Source: an uncultured delta proteobacterium
GTDB lineage: Bacteria; Desulfobacterota; Binatia; UBA9968
Assembly: GCA_963816145.1 (NCBI GenBank)
Contig: CAWFJP010000003.1
Coordinates: 704,001-768,000, forward strand
Direction: 5' to 3'
Length of the DNA: 64,000 bases
Within the stretch, counting starts at the first letter, position 1; every line of letters begins with the position of its first letter. Of the stretch, positions 21,292 through 31,566 are shown piece by piece. Both the position numbers and the translations under genes were made by a program. The notes beneath the pieces are model-generated. The model ran no database searches. It worked only from the letters and a program-made list of their open reading frames with translations, and had not been told where the DNA came from.

Positions 21292-22305
21292 ATGAGCGAA
21301 AATGCCACGACCCAAGCTCGGTTCCTAAAATCCTACGAAATCCGCCGCGCCTACCAAGGCGGTGTGGAGTATCCGCCGGCGATCAGCGGCGTCAAAGGCG
21401 CCATCGACATTCACTGCCATTGCGACGCGGCGCACCAAGACGCGCTGTCTGTGGCCAAGCTCGCCTCCAAGAACGGAATGCGCGGATTGCTTTACAAATC
21501 CATCGCCGGCAAGAACCGCGCCGAGTCGGTGCAGAAAGTTCGCGATGCTTTAAAAAGCTGGGCTGAAGAGGAACAAGTCCAGCCGATTTTGTGCTGGGCC
21601 GGCGCCAACGTCGCAGGACGTTCAGCACCCCCGACAGTCGCCAAGGTTCGCGAGCTCCTCGACGGCGGCATCAATGCTATATGGATGCCGGTAGCGATGC
21701 ACGCCAACACGTTGAGCAAGATCGGCGGGCGCAAATCTTGGTGGGATCCGTCGGCGGGACGCGGCGAACTCACTCCCGCGCTCAGTTGGGACGAGGCGCT
21801 CAAAGTCGGCCACTATGCCCTCGACGACAAGGGCAAGCTCAAACCGGTGATCAAAGACATCATCGGACTTTTGCACGAGCGCCAGGTGCCGCTGTTCTTC
21901 GGCCACGCGACCCATCCCGAAATCTATGCCTTCGCCGAAGAATGCCAACGAATCGGCCACAGCCAAGCGGTCATCGATCATCCGTTCAGCCCATTCGTCA
22001 ACCTGAGCATCGACCAGATGACCGAGCTCGGCAAAGGCGGCGTTTATCTCAATTTCACTTATGACGAGATCTCGCCCCTGCTCGGCGTCGATCCGTTCGA
22101 CATGTACAAGGCGATTCGCAGTATCGGTGTCGACCATGTCACGCTGTCGAGCGATTGCGGCGAGCCGTTGTTTCCAAACTCTGTGGAAGGCATGAGGCAG
22201 ATGTGCTCTTACATGCGCGCCTTCGGCCTCAGTCAAGAAGAGATCAAGACCGTCAGCTGCGACAACCCGGCGAAGATTCTCAAGCTGAATGAGACGCAGC
22301 CCTAG
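21292..22305 (+). CDS. Metal-dependent hydrolase-fold protein, DUF6282-like
   Basis: GAIDIHCH, IWMPV, LFFGH, VIDHP, LSSDCG and C-terminal DNPAKIL. Start trimmed to MSENATT. Confidence 0.75.
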   Translation: MSENATTQARFLKSYEIRRAYQGGVEYPPAISGVKGAIDIHCHCDAAHQDALSVAKLASKNGMRGLLYKSIAGKNRAESVQKVRDALKSWAEEEQVQPILCWAGANVAGRSAPPTVAKVRELLDGGINAIWMPVAMHANTLSKIGGRKSWWDPSAGRGELTPALSWDEALKVGHYALDDKGKLKPVIKDIIGLLHERQVPLFFGHATHPEIYAFAEECQRIGHSQAVIDHPFSPFVNLSIDQMTELGKGGVYLNFTYDEISPLLGVDPFDMYKAIRSIGVDHVTLSSDCGEPLFPNSVEGMRQMCSYMRAFGLSQEEIKTVSCDNPAKILKLNETQP

Positions 22306-23276
22306 CGTTTCGCCTTATCGGCAAAGCTCCAATCGCGCACTCCCTGCGGACCGAGCGGGGTTTTCGGTTTTTCCTTCAGCCTGAAGGTGCCGACAGCCAG
22401 CAGATCCTCGACGATGCCATCGGGCAGCGACAATTCCGGATTGTATTGATCGCGATAGAGCTTAAACAGTCTGTCCGCTGCGGCGGCGTCCACATGCATG
22501 ATTCTTTGAAATAGCGCCAGGCTGTATTCGGGATTCTGCAACAGATACATGGTCGAGAGCCGCAGCGCGCGCAGTACCCGGACAATTTCATCGGGATCTT
22601 GCACCATTTTTTTCTGCGTCGCGCCAATGCCGGTGATCGGGATGCGCACCAACTGACCCAGCTCTTGCGCCGACATGATCACGCGCAAGCCCTGCTTCTC
22701 GGCGGCGTATTCGGCGGGACTGGTGATAACCGTCGCATCGACGCTGCCGCTGACCACCGCCGCCATACGCTCGGGAGTGCCGCCGCCGATGGCGAGTATG
22801 GTGAGATCTTTGTTGGGATCCATGCCGCTCCGGCTTACCGCCGCGTAAGCGGCGTAGTCCGCCGAGCTACCGAATGAATTGATGCCGAGCTTTTTACCGC
22901 GCAGCGCTTTGACGCTCTCGATCTCAGGCCGCGCGACCATGAAATACGAGCTGCTCTTAGTCACCGCCGCGAGGATTCGCACCGGCAACCCGCGCGCCGC
23001 CGCGCCGGTCAAGAACGGCAGGATGGTGGCGTAATCCAGGTCGCCGGTCAGCAAAGCGGTAAGCATCAAATTAGTGCCGCGAAACGTGATCAGCTGGACC
23101 TTCAGCCCCTCCTTCTCGAAAAACCCCTTTTCCTTGGCGACAACGTAAGGCAGCGTCGTCCAGCTCCCCTGCCCGGACCAGCCAAAATTGATATCTTTGG
23201 CGTGAACTCCGGTTGCGAAGGGAACGCCGAGTAAGATCGGTAGAATCAAGTTGATAAACCAAGCGCGTTTTCTCAT
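22302..23276 (-). CDS. ABC substrate-binding protein, NMT1/SsuA-like
   Basis: Start MRKRAWF with a signal peptide. KGFFEKEGL, LRGKKLGINSFGS. Confidence 0.88.
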   Translation of the reverse strand: MRKRAWFINLILPILLGVPFATGVHAKDINFGWSGQGSWTTLPYVVAKEKGFFEKEGLKVQLITFRGTNLMLTALLTGDLDYATILPFLTGAAARGLPVRILAAVTKSSSYFMVARPEIESVKALRGKKLGINSFGSSADYAAYAAVSRSGMDPNKDLTILAIGGGTPERMAAVVSGSVDATVITSPAEYAAEKQGLRVIMSAQELGQLVRIPITGIGATQKKMVQDPDEIVRVLRALRLSTMYLLQNPEYSLALFQRIMHVDAAAADRLFKLYRDQYNPELSLPDGIVEDLLAVGTFRLKEKPKTPLGPQGVRDWSFADKAKR

Positions 23277-23617
23277 TAGCTCCGTTCCTCGTTTACAGTT
23301 ACTCTCGTTGGGTAAACATTGATTCGCAGGGTGACCGGCGATCATGGACGTTTTCAGGAAGTCTCGAATATTTGCCGCTGTCTGGTTTCTTATATCAAAC
23401 GATCGCGCGACGCCACGCAGCGCGACTGTTTTTGCAATCGGCGAATTGAGGGCAGGCATTCCGAGCGCGGCAAGGATGCTGCGTTGCCCACAGGAGGCGC
23501 GGCCCAGAGTCGATTAACCACGCGGGAGAAAACTGATATATGGTATTTTCTACGTGGCGACGTTGCCCAGTCGATAATAATTCTATACGACGCCGACCCG
23601 GAAAGGAGAATCCTAAC

Positions 23618-24001
23618 GTGAGCGTGCAGCTAAACCACACGATTGTCTGGTGCCGGGACAAGCAGAAGTCGGCGATGTTCTTTACAGAACTCTTCGGACT
23701 ACCGAGCGCCACACCGTTCGGACCGATGCTTGTCGTCCCGCTCAACAACAACGTTTCCATCGACTTTTACGATAACGACGGCGATATATCGTCCCAGCAC
23801 TACGCCTTCCTGATCGGCGAAGACGACTTCGACCAAATCTTCGGCCGCATCCGCGATCGAGGACTCCAGTATTGGGCCGACCCGTATAAGAAACGCCCTG
23901 GTGAAATCAGCCGAAACGACGGCGGCCGAGGTGTTTATTTCGAAGACCCCGACGGCCATTTCCTCGAACTACTAACCCGGCCCTACGGCAGCGGCGGATA
24001 A
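23618..24001 (+). CDS. VOC/glyoxalase family protein
   Basis: GTG start after AAGGAG. QLNHTIV, QHYAFL, GGRGVYFEDPDGHFLE. Confidence 0.9.
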   Translation: MSVQLNHTIVWCRDKQKSAMFFTELFGLPSATPFGPMLVVPLNNNVSIDFYDNDGDISSQHYAFLIGEDDFDQIFGRIRDRGLQYWADPYKKRPGEISRNDGGRGVYFEDPDGHFLELLTRPYGSGG

Positions 24002-24371
24002 GAAAGTGAGTTTCGTTATCTCGGCCCGCTCGGTTTGCCTATAAATCATTCCCTTGCTGTTGGAGTTTCATCCGCCTGATAGCCGAGCGCGGTCGCAACA
24101 AAAGAGTTTGTCGAGTTAAACAAGTCCCTCACCGTTGCCCGCCGGTGCCGTGCCGTTTCTGGCACCATTGTTACCGAGCTATACCGCGGGCTGATATTTG
24201 GATAACCCGCCGCACCTAGAGCGTCTGCTTGCGAAATAATTGACACGGCGCGGCGAGTTGGTGGATATTGCAGCTGATTTTGCCTTTGGAAATTTGCGAT
24301 TCCCGAATAACCCGCCTGACGACCTGGCGGTTCACTCAATATTTAGACGCAGACCGAGTGGAAGGGTCCGA

Positions 24372-24626
24372 ATGGATCGAACGTATGGTTTCGCAGCGTT
24401 GTGCATCGTCGTGGGGCTCAGTTTCGTCCTATTTCGAGGCTGGTGGGTGCGGGAACGGACCGACGTTCTCCGGCGCGCCGTCAGGGTCGCGATTGGTGCG
24501 CGGATGCGCCAAAAAGCCGAGGCTAGAACGCGATGGTACGAGACGCATCCGGCAGACGCTGAACGTCGAGCCATATACATCGGTATCGCTTATATTCTTG
24601 TAGGAGTTGTTGTCCTTCTCTTCTGA
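24372..24626 (+). CDS. Small hypothetical membrane protein (putative integron cassette ORF)
   Basis: 84 aa with two hydrophobic segments. Lies between TTAGAC (24343) and an attC-like site. Confidence 0.55.
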   Translation: MDRTYGFAALCIVVGLSFVLFRGWWVRERTDVLRRAVRVAIGARMRQKAEARTRWYETHPADAERRAIYIGIAYILVGVVVLLF

Positions 24627-24659
24627 TGAAATCCGTTGGAATGAAATCACCGTACACAT

Positions 24660-24742
24660 GTCTAACTCGCCGCTTGAGCCGACGGCGAGGAATTGGTGAT
24701 CGATGAGTTTTTTTTTCGCGGCTCAGCGGCATAGCGTTATGG
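24660..24742 (+). mobile_element. attC-like integron recombination site
   Basis: R'' is GTCTAAC. Arm GCCGCT-T-GAGCCG pairs with CGGCTCAGCGGC, leaving one extrahelical base. R' is GTTATGG. Length 83 bp. Confidence 0.7.
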
Positions 24743-24951
24743 CGTCGGTGAGCTTTGAATAGGGGCATGATTGAACTGAATAACGTCATCAACACGCTCG
24801 TAAGGGATCATTCCATGGACATGATAGCAAATCTTTGAAACGCCAAGTGATCTAGCCCGGATCTAGCGGCAAGGAATACTTGACATCCTGCACCTCCCGG
24901 CAATAGTTTGAGCCGGCAAATTACCGAAGTTTTTCGTCCAAGGAGGATTCA

Positions 24952-25347
24952 ATGTTTGAAATCAAAGGCATTCGCACCTTCGCCATGAGCGCCAAGGATC
25001 TCGACAAGTCGGTGGAGTTCTATACCAATATCGTCGGCGGCAAAGTCGTCAAAACCGTCGAACCAACGGAAGAGCAGCTCAAAGCCGGCCAAGTGAGAGA
25101 GGTCGACGTTCGTCTCGGCAACTTCGAAGTGCACATCTTCGACGCTTCGAAAGGGCCGCGCGCCGCCGATCCGCATCATACGCTTAACATCCCGTGGCAG
25201 GAAAAAGACCAGGCGCTCAAAATGCTCCAAGAGTCCGGCGCCATGGTAGAAAAAATCCGGCCGCACCGCGGCACCGACAACTACTCGATCAACGTCTTCG
25301 ACCCCGACGGCAACCGCTGGGAACTGTCGTTCGCCAAAGAAAACTAG
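24952..25347 (+). CDS. VOC/glyoxalase family protein
   Basis: KDLDKSVEFY and NVFDPDGNRWEL. AAGGAGG RBS, with TTGACA upstream. Confidence 0.88.
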   Translation: MFEIKGIRTFAMSAKDLDKSVEFYTNIVGGKVVKTVEPTEEQLKAGQVREVDVRLGNFEVHIFDASKGPRAADPHHTLNIPWQEKDQALKMLQESGAMVEKIRPHRGTDNYSINVFDPDGNRWELSFAKEN

Positions 25348-25442
25348 TTCCACTCGTTCCAGCGGTTCCAAACGTTCCAGGAGTTCCATCCGGTTAACGC
25401 GTCCGGAATCTCAACGTTTGGAACCATTGGAACAACTGGAAC
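25347..25442. repeat. GTTCCA/TGGAAC 9-mer inverted repeat between convergent genes
   Basis: Five GTTCCA units followed by three TGGAAC units. Starts within the VOC stop codon. Confidence 0.8.
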
Positions 25443-25453
25443 GGGCCCAGTCT

Positions 25454-26608
25454 TCAATTGTATTTTTTTAAAACCTCCCTGGCGATGACCATGCGCATGA
25501 CCTCGGACGCTCCTTCGGTAATCATTCGGCTGCGCTGATCGACGAACCATTTGGCCAGCGGCAGGTCGAGCGTCAAGCCGATGCCGCCGTGGATCTGCAA
25601 TACCCGGTCGACGACGCGAAACGACATTTCGTCGGCGAACAGCTTGGCCATGTAAGCTTCGTTGCGGATGTCCTGCTTCTGGTCGTTCTTCCAGGCCGCC
25701 TGATAGACCATCAAGCGCGCCGCGTGCAGTTCGACGTAGGAGTCGGCCAATTTGAACGTAATGCCCTGGCGCTCCGACAGCGGCTTGCCGAAGGTGATGC
25801 GCTGTTTGGAATAGCTCGCGCCCATCTCGATGCAGCGCTCCGCCACGCCCAACGCACGCGCGCCATGTTTCAGCCGGCCGATGCCCAGCCATTTCTGCGC
25901 CAGCTTGAAGCCCTCGCCTTCTTTCCCGACAAGATTCTCCGCGGGAATCTTCATGTCGTCGAAGGTGATATGCCAGGGCTCTTCGCCCATCATGGTCTTG
26001 TAGCGCGTGACCAGCGTCAGTCCCGGCGTCTTCATGTCGACCATGAAACAAGAGATGCCGCCATGGGCGCCCTTGGCCGGATCGGTCACCGCCATCAACT
26101 GACCGAAGTCGGCATCGCCGGCACCGGTGATGAAACGCTTGGTGCCGTTGATCACGTAGTGATCGCCCTGACGCACGGCGCGGGTTTTCATTGACGCAGG
26201 ATCGGAGCCGGCGTCCGGCTCGGTCTGCATAAAGCAAAGTTTTTTCTCACCACTTCTGATTGGATCCAAGAAGCGTTTTTTCTGCTCGTCGTTCAAGGCG
26301 TAGAGGATCGGCCGGATTTCCGGACCGAAAATCCCCTGGCCGCGCGACGGCAACGCCACCGTGCGCGCCAACTCTTCCCACACCAACACCTGCGCCAGAC
26401 TGCCGAGCCCGCCGCCGCCGTATTCTTCCGGCACGTCGAACATCCACAGTCCCATCTCTTTGGTCTTCTTTTCCAGCTTCTCGCGAATGTCGGGCTTGAG
26501 TTCCATGTTCTCGATCGTGTGCATCTCGATCGGGATCAGCTCCTTGTCGACAAACTTGCGCACGGTGTCTTTGAGCATCTGAAATTCATCGGGCAGATTG
26601 AAATCCAT
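25454..26608 (-). CDS. Acyl-CoA dehydrogenase
   Basis: PEEYGG, TEPDAGSD, INGTKRFIT, LQIHGG, ITEGASE. Confidence 0.93.
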   Translation of the reverse strand: MDFNLPDEFQMLKDTVRKFVDKELIPIEMHTIENMELKPDIREKLEKKTKEMGLWMFDVPEEYGGGGLGSLAQVLVWEELARTVALPSRGQGIFGPEIRPILYALNDEQKKRFLDPIRSGEKKLCFMQTEPDAGSDPASMKTRAVRQGDHYVINGTKRFITGAGDADFGQLMAVTDPAKGAHGGISCFMVDMKTPGLTLVTRYKTMMGEEPWHITFDDMKIPAENLVGKEGEGFKLAQKWLGIGRLKHGARALGVAERCIEMGASYSKQRITFGKPLSERQGITFKLADSYVELHAARLMVYQAAWKNDQKQDIRNEAYMAKLFADEMSFRVVDRVLQIHGGIGLTLDLPLAKWFVDQRSRMITEGASEVMRMVIAREVLKKYN

Positions 26609-26663
26609 GATTCACCTCAACTGATGATCTTGAGTCGGCCACGTCAACTAGCTAGCGGACATG

Positions 26664-26729
26664 CCCCCACCTCTTTCCTCCCCCGCGACGCGGGGGAGGA
26701 TGAAGGAGGGGGATTGAACTTTTTGAACG
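26664..26729. repeat. CCTCCCCCGCGACGCGGGGGAGG hairpin element with a TTGAAC tail
   Basis: The same hairpin core occurs at 36198-36247, 15389-15562 and 30370-30406. Confidence 0.8.
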
Positions 26730-26732
26730 AGT

Positions 26733-27548
26733 TTATTTCTGATCGACCTTATACGACCCCAACCCCGGCCGATATTCCTTGCGGGCAAACTGCTGCAGGC
26801 CGGGCCGGCCGCCGATCGCCGCCTTCGCTTTGTCTGAGATCAAACCTGAGATTTCGTAGGCAACATCGGGATTTGAATAAAAAGTGTAATACCATGCCTC
26901 TTTGACAGCATTGAGCGCCGAGGGCGCTTTCTCTTTCAAGTTATTGGCGATCTCCATGACTTCTTTGTCCAAGTCGGCGCGGGGCACCGCCTTAGTGATG
27001 AGACCGATACGCTCGGCTTCCTTGGCCGTCATGGTTTTGCCGGTGAGCGCGTAGTAGAGGGCGTGCTTTGGCTGGAGGTTCTCGGAGAGCACGATGGTCA
27101 CCTCGCCGCCGGGGAAATGGCCGAAGTTGACCTCCGAGAGGCCGAGCTGAACATCGTCAGCCGCGATGGCGATATCGCAGCCGGTGACAACCGTGAAGCC
27201 GCCGCCAAAAACCCAGCCGTTAATCCTGGCGATCACCGGTTGCGGCATCTTGCGCAGAATCTCGTTGCGCCATTGGCGCGACTTCTCGCGCACTTCATCG
27301 CGCACCCGCTCGGGCTGCGAATCCATCTCGATGAAATATTGCTTCAAGTCCTGCCCGGCGCAGAAGCTCTCGCCGGCGCCGGTGATGATGATCACCCGGG
27401 TCTCTTTGTCGTAGCGCAGGTCGGTCAAGCAATCGTACATATCGCGATGCAGCTGCGGGCTCATCGCATTGCGTTTTTCCGGGCGATTGAGCGTGATCGT
27501 CGTCACGCCGTCTTTATTATCCACCAATAGGGTTTGATAGTTTGCCAT
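26733..27548 (-). CDS. Crotonase-family protein resembling hydroxycinnamoyl-CoA hydratase/lyase
   Basis: NRPEKRNAMSP, AGQDLKQYF, INGWVFGGG, GLSEVNFG and an HCHL-like C-terminus GLQQF...RPGLGSYK. Confidence 0.8.
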   Translation of the reverse strand: MANYQTLLVDNKDGVTTITLNRPEKRNAMSPQLHRDMYDCLTDLRYDKETRVIIITGAGESFCAGQDLKQYFIEMDSQPERVRDEVREKSRQWRNEILRKMPQPVIARINGWVFGGGFTVVTGCDIAIAADDVQLGLSEVNFGHFPGGEVTIVLSENLQPKHALYYALTGKTMTAKEAERIGLITKAVPRADLDKEVMEIANNLKEKAPSALNAVKEAWYYTFYSNPDVAYEISGLISDKAKAAIGGRPGLQQFARKEYRPGLGSYKVDQK

Positions 27549-27631
27549 TGTCTTTCCTCCTTAGAATTTTTGCACGGCTTCGTCAGATCAGGTCTTATTC
27601 TAGATATGTTGAGACTGTCAATCGCCGGAAA

Positions 27632-27752
27632 AGCGGAAGACAGAAGTCAGGATTCAGAATATGGAAGCGTAAGAACCGAAAAATCCCTGCAGAGAGCAAC
27701 GCGAGCTCGTTCTGGCTTCTGGATTCTGATTTCTTCCTTCCGGCTTCCAGAA
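27632..27752. repeat. Degenerate heptamer inverted repeat (CAGAAGT/TTCTGG type)
   Basis: GACAGAAGTCAGGATTCAGAAT ... TTCTGGCTTCTGGATTCTGATTTCT. Confidence 0.6.
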
Positions 27753-27764
27753 CCCGCGACCCAT

Positions 27765-28802
27765 TCACCGCCGCACCAGATCGTGCAACAGTTTTTTCCA
27801 GCGATCCTCGGCCCTTTCGTACTGCTCGACGGTCATACCCTTTTCGGGGTACCAGCGTTTGAAACCGTAATCCTTCGTGGAAGTCGCGAAACGAAATTTC
27901 TCCTCGAAGATCTTCTGTCCTTCGGGGCTGAGCAAAAAATCAATGAACAAGAGCGCCGCGTGCGGGCTGTTGGTCCCGGCGGGCAGCGCCACCCCGCCGG
28001 CGTTGGTTGGGTTGAGGTCCATCGCTACCCACTCGGTCGGCGCGCCCTTGGGTTTGGCCGCGAGCACGTGGTTGCGAAAGATCGAGATCGACATCGGCAT
28101 CTCTCCCGCCGCCATGAGCTCATGCATCGCGCCGCCCGAGATCATGTGCATCTTCACATCAAGCGCCTTGAGTTGTTTAACGAATTCTTCGCCTTTGGCC
28201 CGAATCATCGCGCCAATGAAGCGCACACCTGTGACGTCGCCGCTGACGGAAACCTTGCCCTTGTTCTCGGGCCGGATCAAATCGGCAAAGTTCTTCGGCA
28301 CGTCGGCGGCGCGAATCAGGTTGCGGTTGTAGCCAAGACCGACAATGGATTCGCGGTCGGTGGTCCAAAGAACCCGCCCTTTGTCCGCTTCTTCCTTGGC
28401 GTCGTCCGGGAACTTCGTCAGATGGGGCGAATAGTAAGGCATGAGCAATTTGCTTTCGCGCATGATCATGAGCGTCGCCGGCGTCGTTTCGATCAAATCG
28501 GCAATCGACCTCTTGGTTTGTCCCTCGCTCAACAGACGCCGCGTCAGATCGGTGGAGCCGGCGCGATAGGTCTCAACTTTCACGCCGGGATATTTGGCTT
28601 CAAACACATTGGCGATATCGCGATGGGCCGTGAGGCTGGTGTACCACGTAAGTTTCCCTTCCTTCTTCGCGCCGGCTTTGAGCATCTCTTCCCGGTCCGC
28701 GCCGCGATAGTTGGCGAGATCGGCGGTGGGTTTAGTTTGCGCGGAGACGACCGATGACAAAATTATGACGAAGCTAACAACCGACCACGCGACTAAATGC
28801 AT
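27765..28802 (-). CDS. Extracellular solute-binding protein (Fe3+/thiamine/AfuA-like)
   Basis: GAKKEGKLTWYTS, FEAKYPGVKV, PHAALLFIDFLLSPEGQ. Confidence 0.85.
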   Translation of the reverse strand: MHLVAWSVVSFVIILSSVVSAQTKPTADLANYRGADREEMLKAGAKKEGKLTWYTSLTAHRDIANVFEAKYPGVKVETYRAGSTDLTRRLLSEGQTKRSIADLIETTPATLMIMRESKLLMPYYSPHLTKFPDDAKEEADKGRVLWTTDRESIVGLGYNRNLIRAADVPKNFADLIRPENKGKVSVSGDVTGVRFIGAMIRAKGEEFVKQLKALDVKMHMISGGAMHELMAAGEMPMSISIFRNHVLAAKPKGAPTEWVAMDLNPTNAGGVALPAGTNSPHAALLFIDFLLSPEGQKIFEEKFRFATSTKDYGFKRWYPEKGMTVEQYERAEDRWKKLLHDLVRR

Positions 28803-28919
28803 TCAGCACCTCAAATGAATCTGTTCTTACTTCCTTCCCCGCGATGGGGAAGAACCCAGGGACGGTTCCACATTTTTTTATTGCGGGCTCAGCTCCCCTA
28901 TTCCAACCTTCCCCCGTTA

Positions 28920-29051
28920 GAGGCTGTGTTGTAAAGCTCAAATGCCCCGCATCTGTCATCCCGAGCGCAGCGAGGGATCTCGTCCTTTCAGCCACATACG
29001 AAGAAGAGATTCCTCGGCTTCACCTCGGAATGACAGTTGCGAAACAGTCTC
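28920..29051. mobile_element. About 132-bp MITE-like element, copy 2
   Basis: GAGGCTGTGTTGTAA ... TTGCGAAACAGTCTC. Near-identical to 15403-15534 and sits in the loop of a CCTTCCCCC/GGGGGAAGG hairpin. Confidence 0.75.
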
Positions 29052-29123
29052 TCAAGGGGGAAGGAATCATACATCGTGCCGGCCTCTCGCTTTGCTCGCA
29101 GCTTTAACTTGCAAGCGAAAAGG

Positions 29124-31524
29124 CTATTCCAACGCCCCATCCTGCTTAAGCGCAGCGATGGTCGCCGCGTCATAGCCCACCACATCGCGCAGCACCGCCT
29201 CGGTATCCTTACCGAGCACAGGGAATTCCCAGCGGCGCGTCAGTTTGGCGTTGGTAAAGTGCAGCGGAAAATTCGGCAAGACGACTTTGCCCAACCTGGG
29301 ATTATCCACTTCGACGACGAAACCTCGTTCTTTGAGCTGCGGGTCGTTGACCAAGTCCTCGCCGGTTTGCGCCACACCGCAGGGTATGCCAGCTTGCTGC
29401 AGTTGATCGCGCACCGCGAACGCATCCCTCGACTGCGTCCAGGCCGAGATAATCTTATCTAGCGCTTCCCGATGCCGCAGCCGCTCCGCGTTGGTCGCGA
29501 AGCGGGAGTCGCGGACGACGTCGCCGCCGAGAATGTTGGCGAGCGCCGACCATTGCGGCTCGGTCTCCGCGGCGATCGCGCACCAACGATCTTCGCCCTT
29601 GCACGGATAGCAGCCGTGCGGCGCTACCGAGAGCGACATGTTGCCGATGGGTTCGGGATTCCTGCCGCTCGACGCCGCTTCCATCAAATTGGCGCCGATC
29701 ATGAACGCCGTCGCTTCCGACTGCGCCAAATCGATGAACGCACCTTTCTTGTGCCGGTCGCGATAGAGCACGCCGGAAATGATGATGATCGCGCACAAAA
29801 CGCCGGAGACATAATCCGGGTAAACCAACTGCGCGCCGATGGGCGGGTTGGTGACACCCGGATGATTCCACATATAAGTCAGCCCGGTAAAAGCGGTGAT
29901 ATTCACACCCACCGTCGAAAAATGTCGCTTGGGGCCGGTGGTGCCGAGGCCGGGCATGCGCAGATTGACGATGTCGGGCTTCACCGCGCACAGTTGCTTG
30001 TAACCCAAACCGATGCGATCGACGACATCTACACTGTAGTTATCGAGCACGGCATCGGCCTTGGCGACCAAATCATGCAACACGCCCTGCCCTTTGGGAT
30101 GCTTCAAGTTAACTGTGAACGATCGCTTGTTGCGGTTGAATTCCAAAAAACGCGGCGACAGATTGGGATCTTCGCCGGTGCCAAAAAACCGAAACGGGTC
30201 CATGCCGCCTTTGCTCGACTCGATTTTCATGACATCGGCGCCAAGCTCGGCCAAAATCGTCGTGCCGTAGGGCCCGGCCAAGCACGTGATCGAAACTGAC
30301 GATACGCATGCCGTCGAGCGGGCCATTGCCGCTGCTTGAATCATTAGCTTTTGCCGGAGCCCCCGCTCTTCTCTCCCCCGTGACGGGGGAGATGTAAGAG
30401 GGGGATTGCCAGCTATCGAGCAGCGGCACACTGCCGACGACTGGACGGCTGCCGTCGATCATGAACGGCATCCCCGGCTGCTTGGCGGCACCAAAACCCG
30501 CGTGATTCACCGCTGTCATGAACCCCCGACCCTGCACATGCTCGTCGTTGGCAAAGCCCATCGGTGTATTCACCGGCACGCAAGGGATGCCCTTGTCCTG
30601 CAACAACTCGGTGATCTCCGCCATGGTGAATTTGCCGATAAACGCTTCCACCGCGGGATTCAACTCAGCGGCATGATCGCGCCGGTAGACATTGTTCAGC
30701 CAATCAGGAGCATCGAACGTCGCCGGATGGTCTTTCCAGATCGAAAGAAAAAGCTTCCAATGCTGGCGCGTGACGTAGAGATAAACGAAGCCGTCTTTGA
30801 CCGGGAAGATTTTCGCCGGCGCCACCGAGCCATGCTGGCTGCCGGCGCGCTTGAGGATCTGTTTTTCGTTCGCCCACAGGCGAATGATATGCTCGTGCGT
30901 CGCCAGGGTTTCCTGCATCGACGTGTCGATGTGATCGCCTTGACCGGTCTTTTCACGCCGGTAGAGCGCCGCCAGCACGCCGGCTGTGGCGAATAGACTG
31001 GCGAAGTAATAGGCCTGCGACTCGGGCGCTTTGCACGGCGCCGTCGACGGATCGCCGCACACATAGAGAATCCCGCTCTCCGCCAGCGCAACCAGATCGT
31101 TGTAAGCGAGATTTTTCTTCGGTCCGGTTTGACCGAAGCAAGTTATCGATGCCATGACGATGCCGGGATTGACGGCAGCGAGATCTTTGTAGCCCAACCC
31201 TTTCGCTGCCAACTCACCCGGCTGAAAACTTTCGATGACAACATCGGCGGATTCAACCATTTTGCGAAATGCCGCGCGGCCGGCGTCGTTGTCGAGATCG
31301 ATCACCTTGCTGTGCTTGCCCGCGTTCAAGTGCGCGAAGGTCGTGCTCAGCTTGGCGCCGTTGGCCGCAGTGATGAACGGCGCCAAGTTACGCACCGGAT
31401 CGCCGCCGGGCGGCTCGACCTTGATCACTTCCATGCCCAAGTCGGCAAGCATGCGGCCGCATAACTGGCCGCTCAAGCCGGTAAGATCCAACGCTCTGAA
31501 CCCTTTGAGAAATTCTCCGCTCAT
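29124..31524 (-). pseudogene. Two-domain CaiB/BaiF class III CoA-transferase with a single frameshift (or sequencing error)
   Basis: Domain 1 has LADLGMEVIKVEPPGGD. Domain 2 has LDGMRIVSFDHVL|AGPYGTTILAELGADV, restored by deleting one base at about 30280. Confidence 0.85.
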
Positions 31525-31566
31525 CTTCTGTCCTTCTATTGAATATTGCCGTCCGCTTCAAATTCG

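Noticed and set aside
23618-24130. First VOC gene as another integron cassette
   Set aside because: I could not find a convincing RYYYAAC...GTTRRRY paired structure after its stop.
27534-28757. Long antisense ORFs (407 aa here; also 12094-13131 and 36351-37319)
   Set aside because: They are opposite-strand shadows of well-supported GC-rich genes and have no recognisable motifs.
30275-30285. Programmed ribosomal frameshift in the CoA-transferase
   Set aside because: No slippery heptamer. Similar single-base indels recur across the window, which points to sequencing error or decay.
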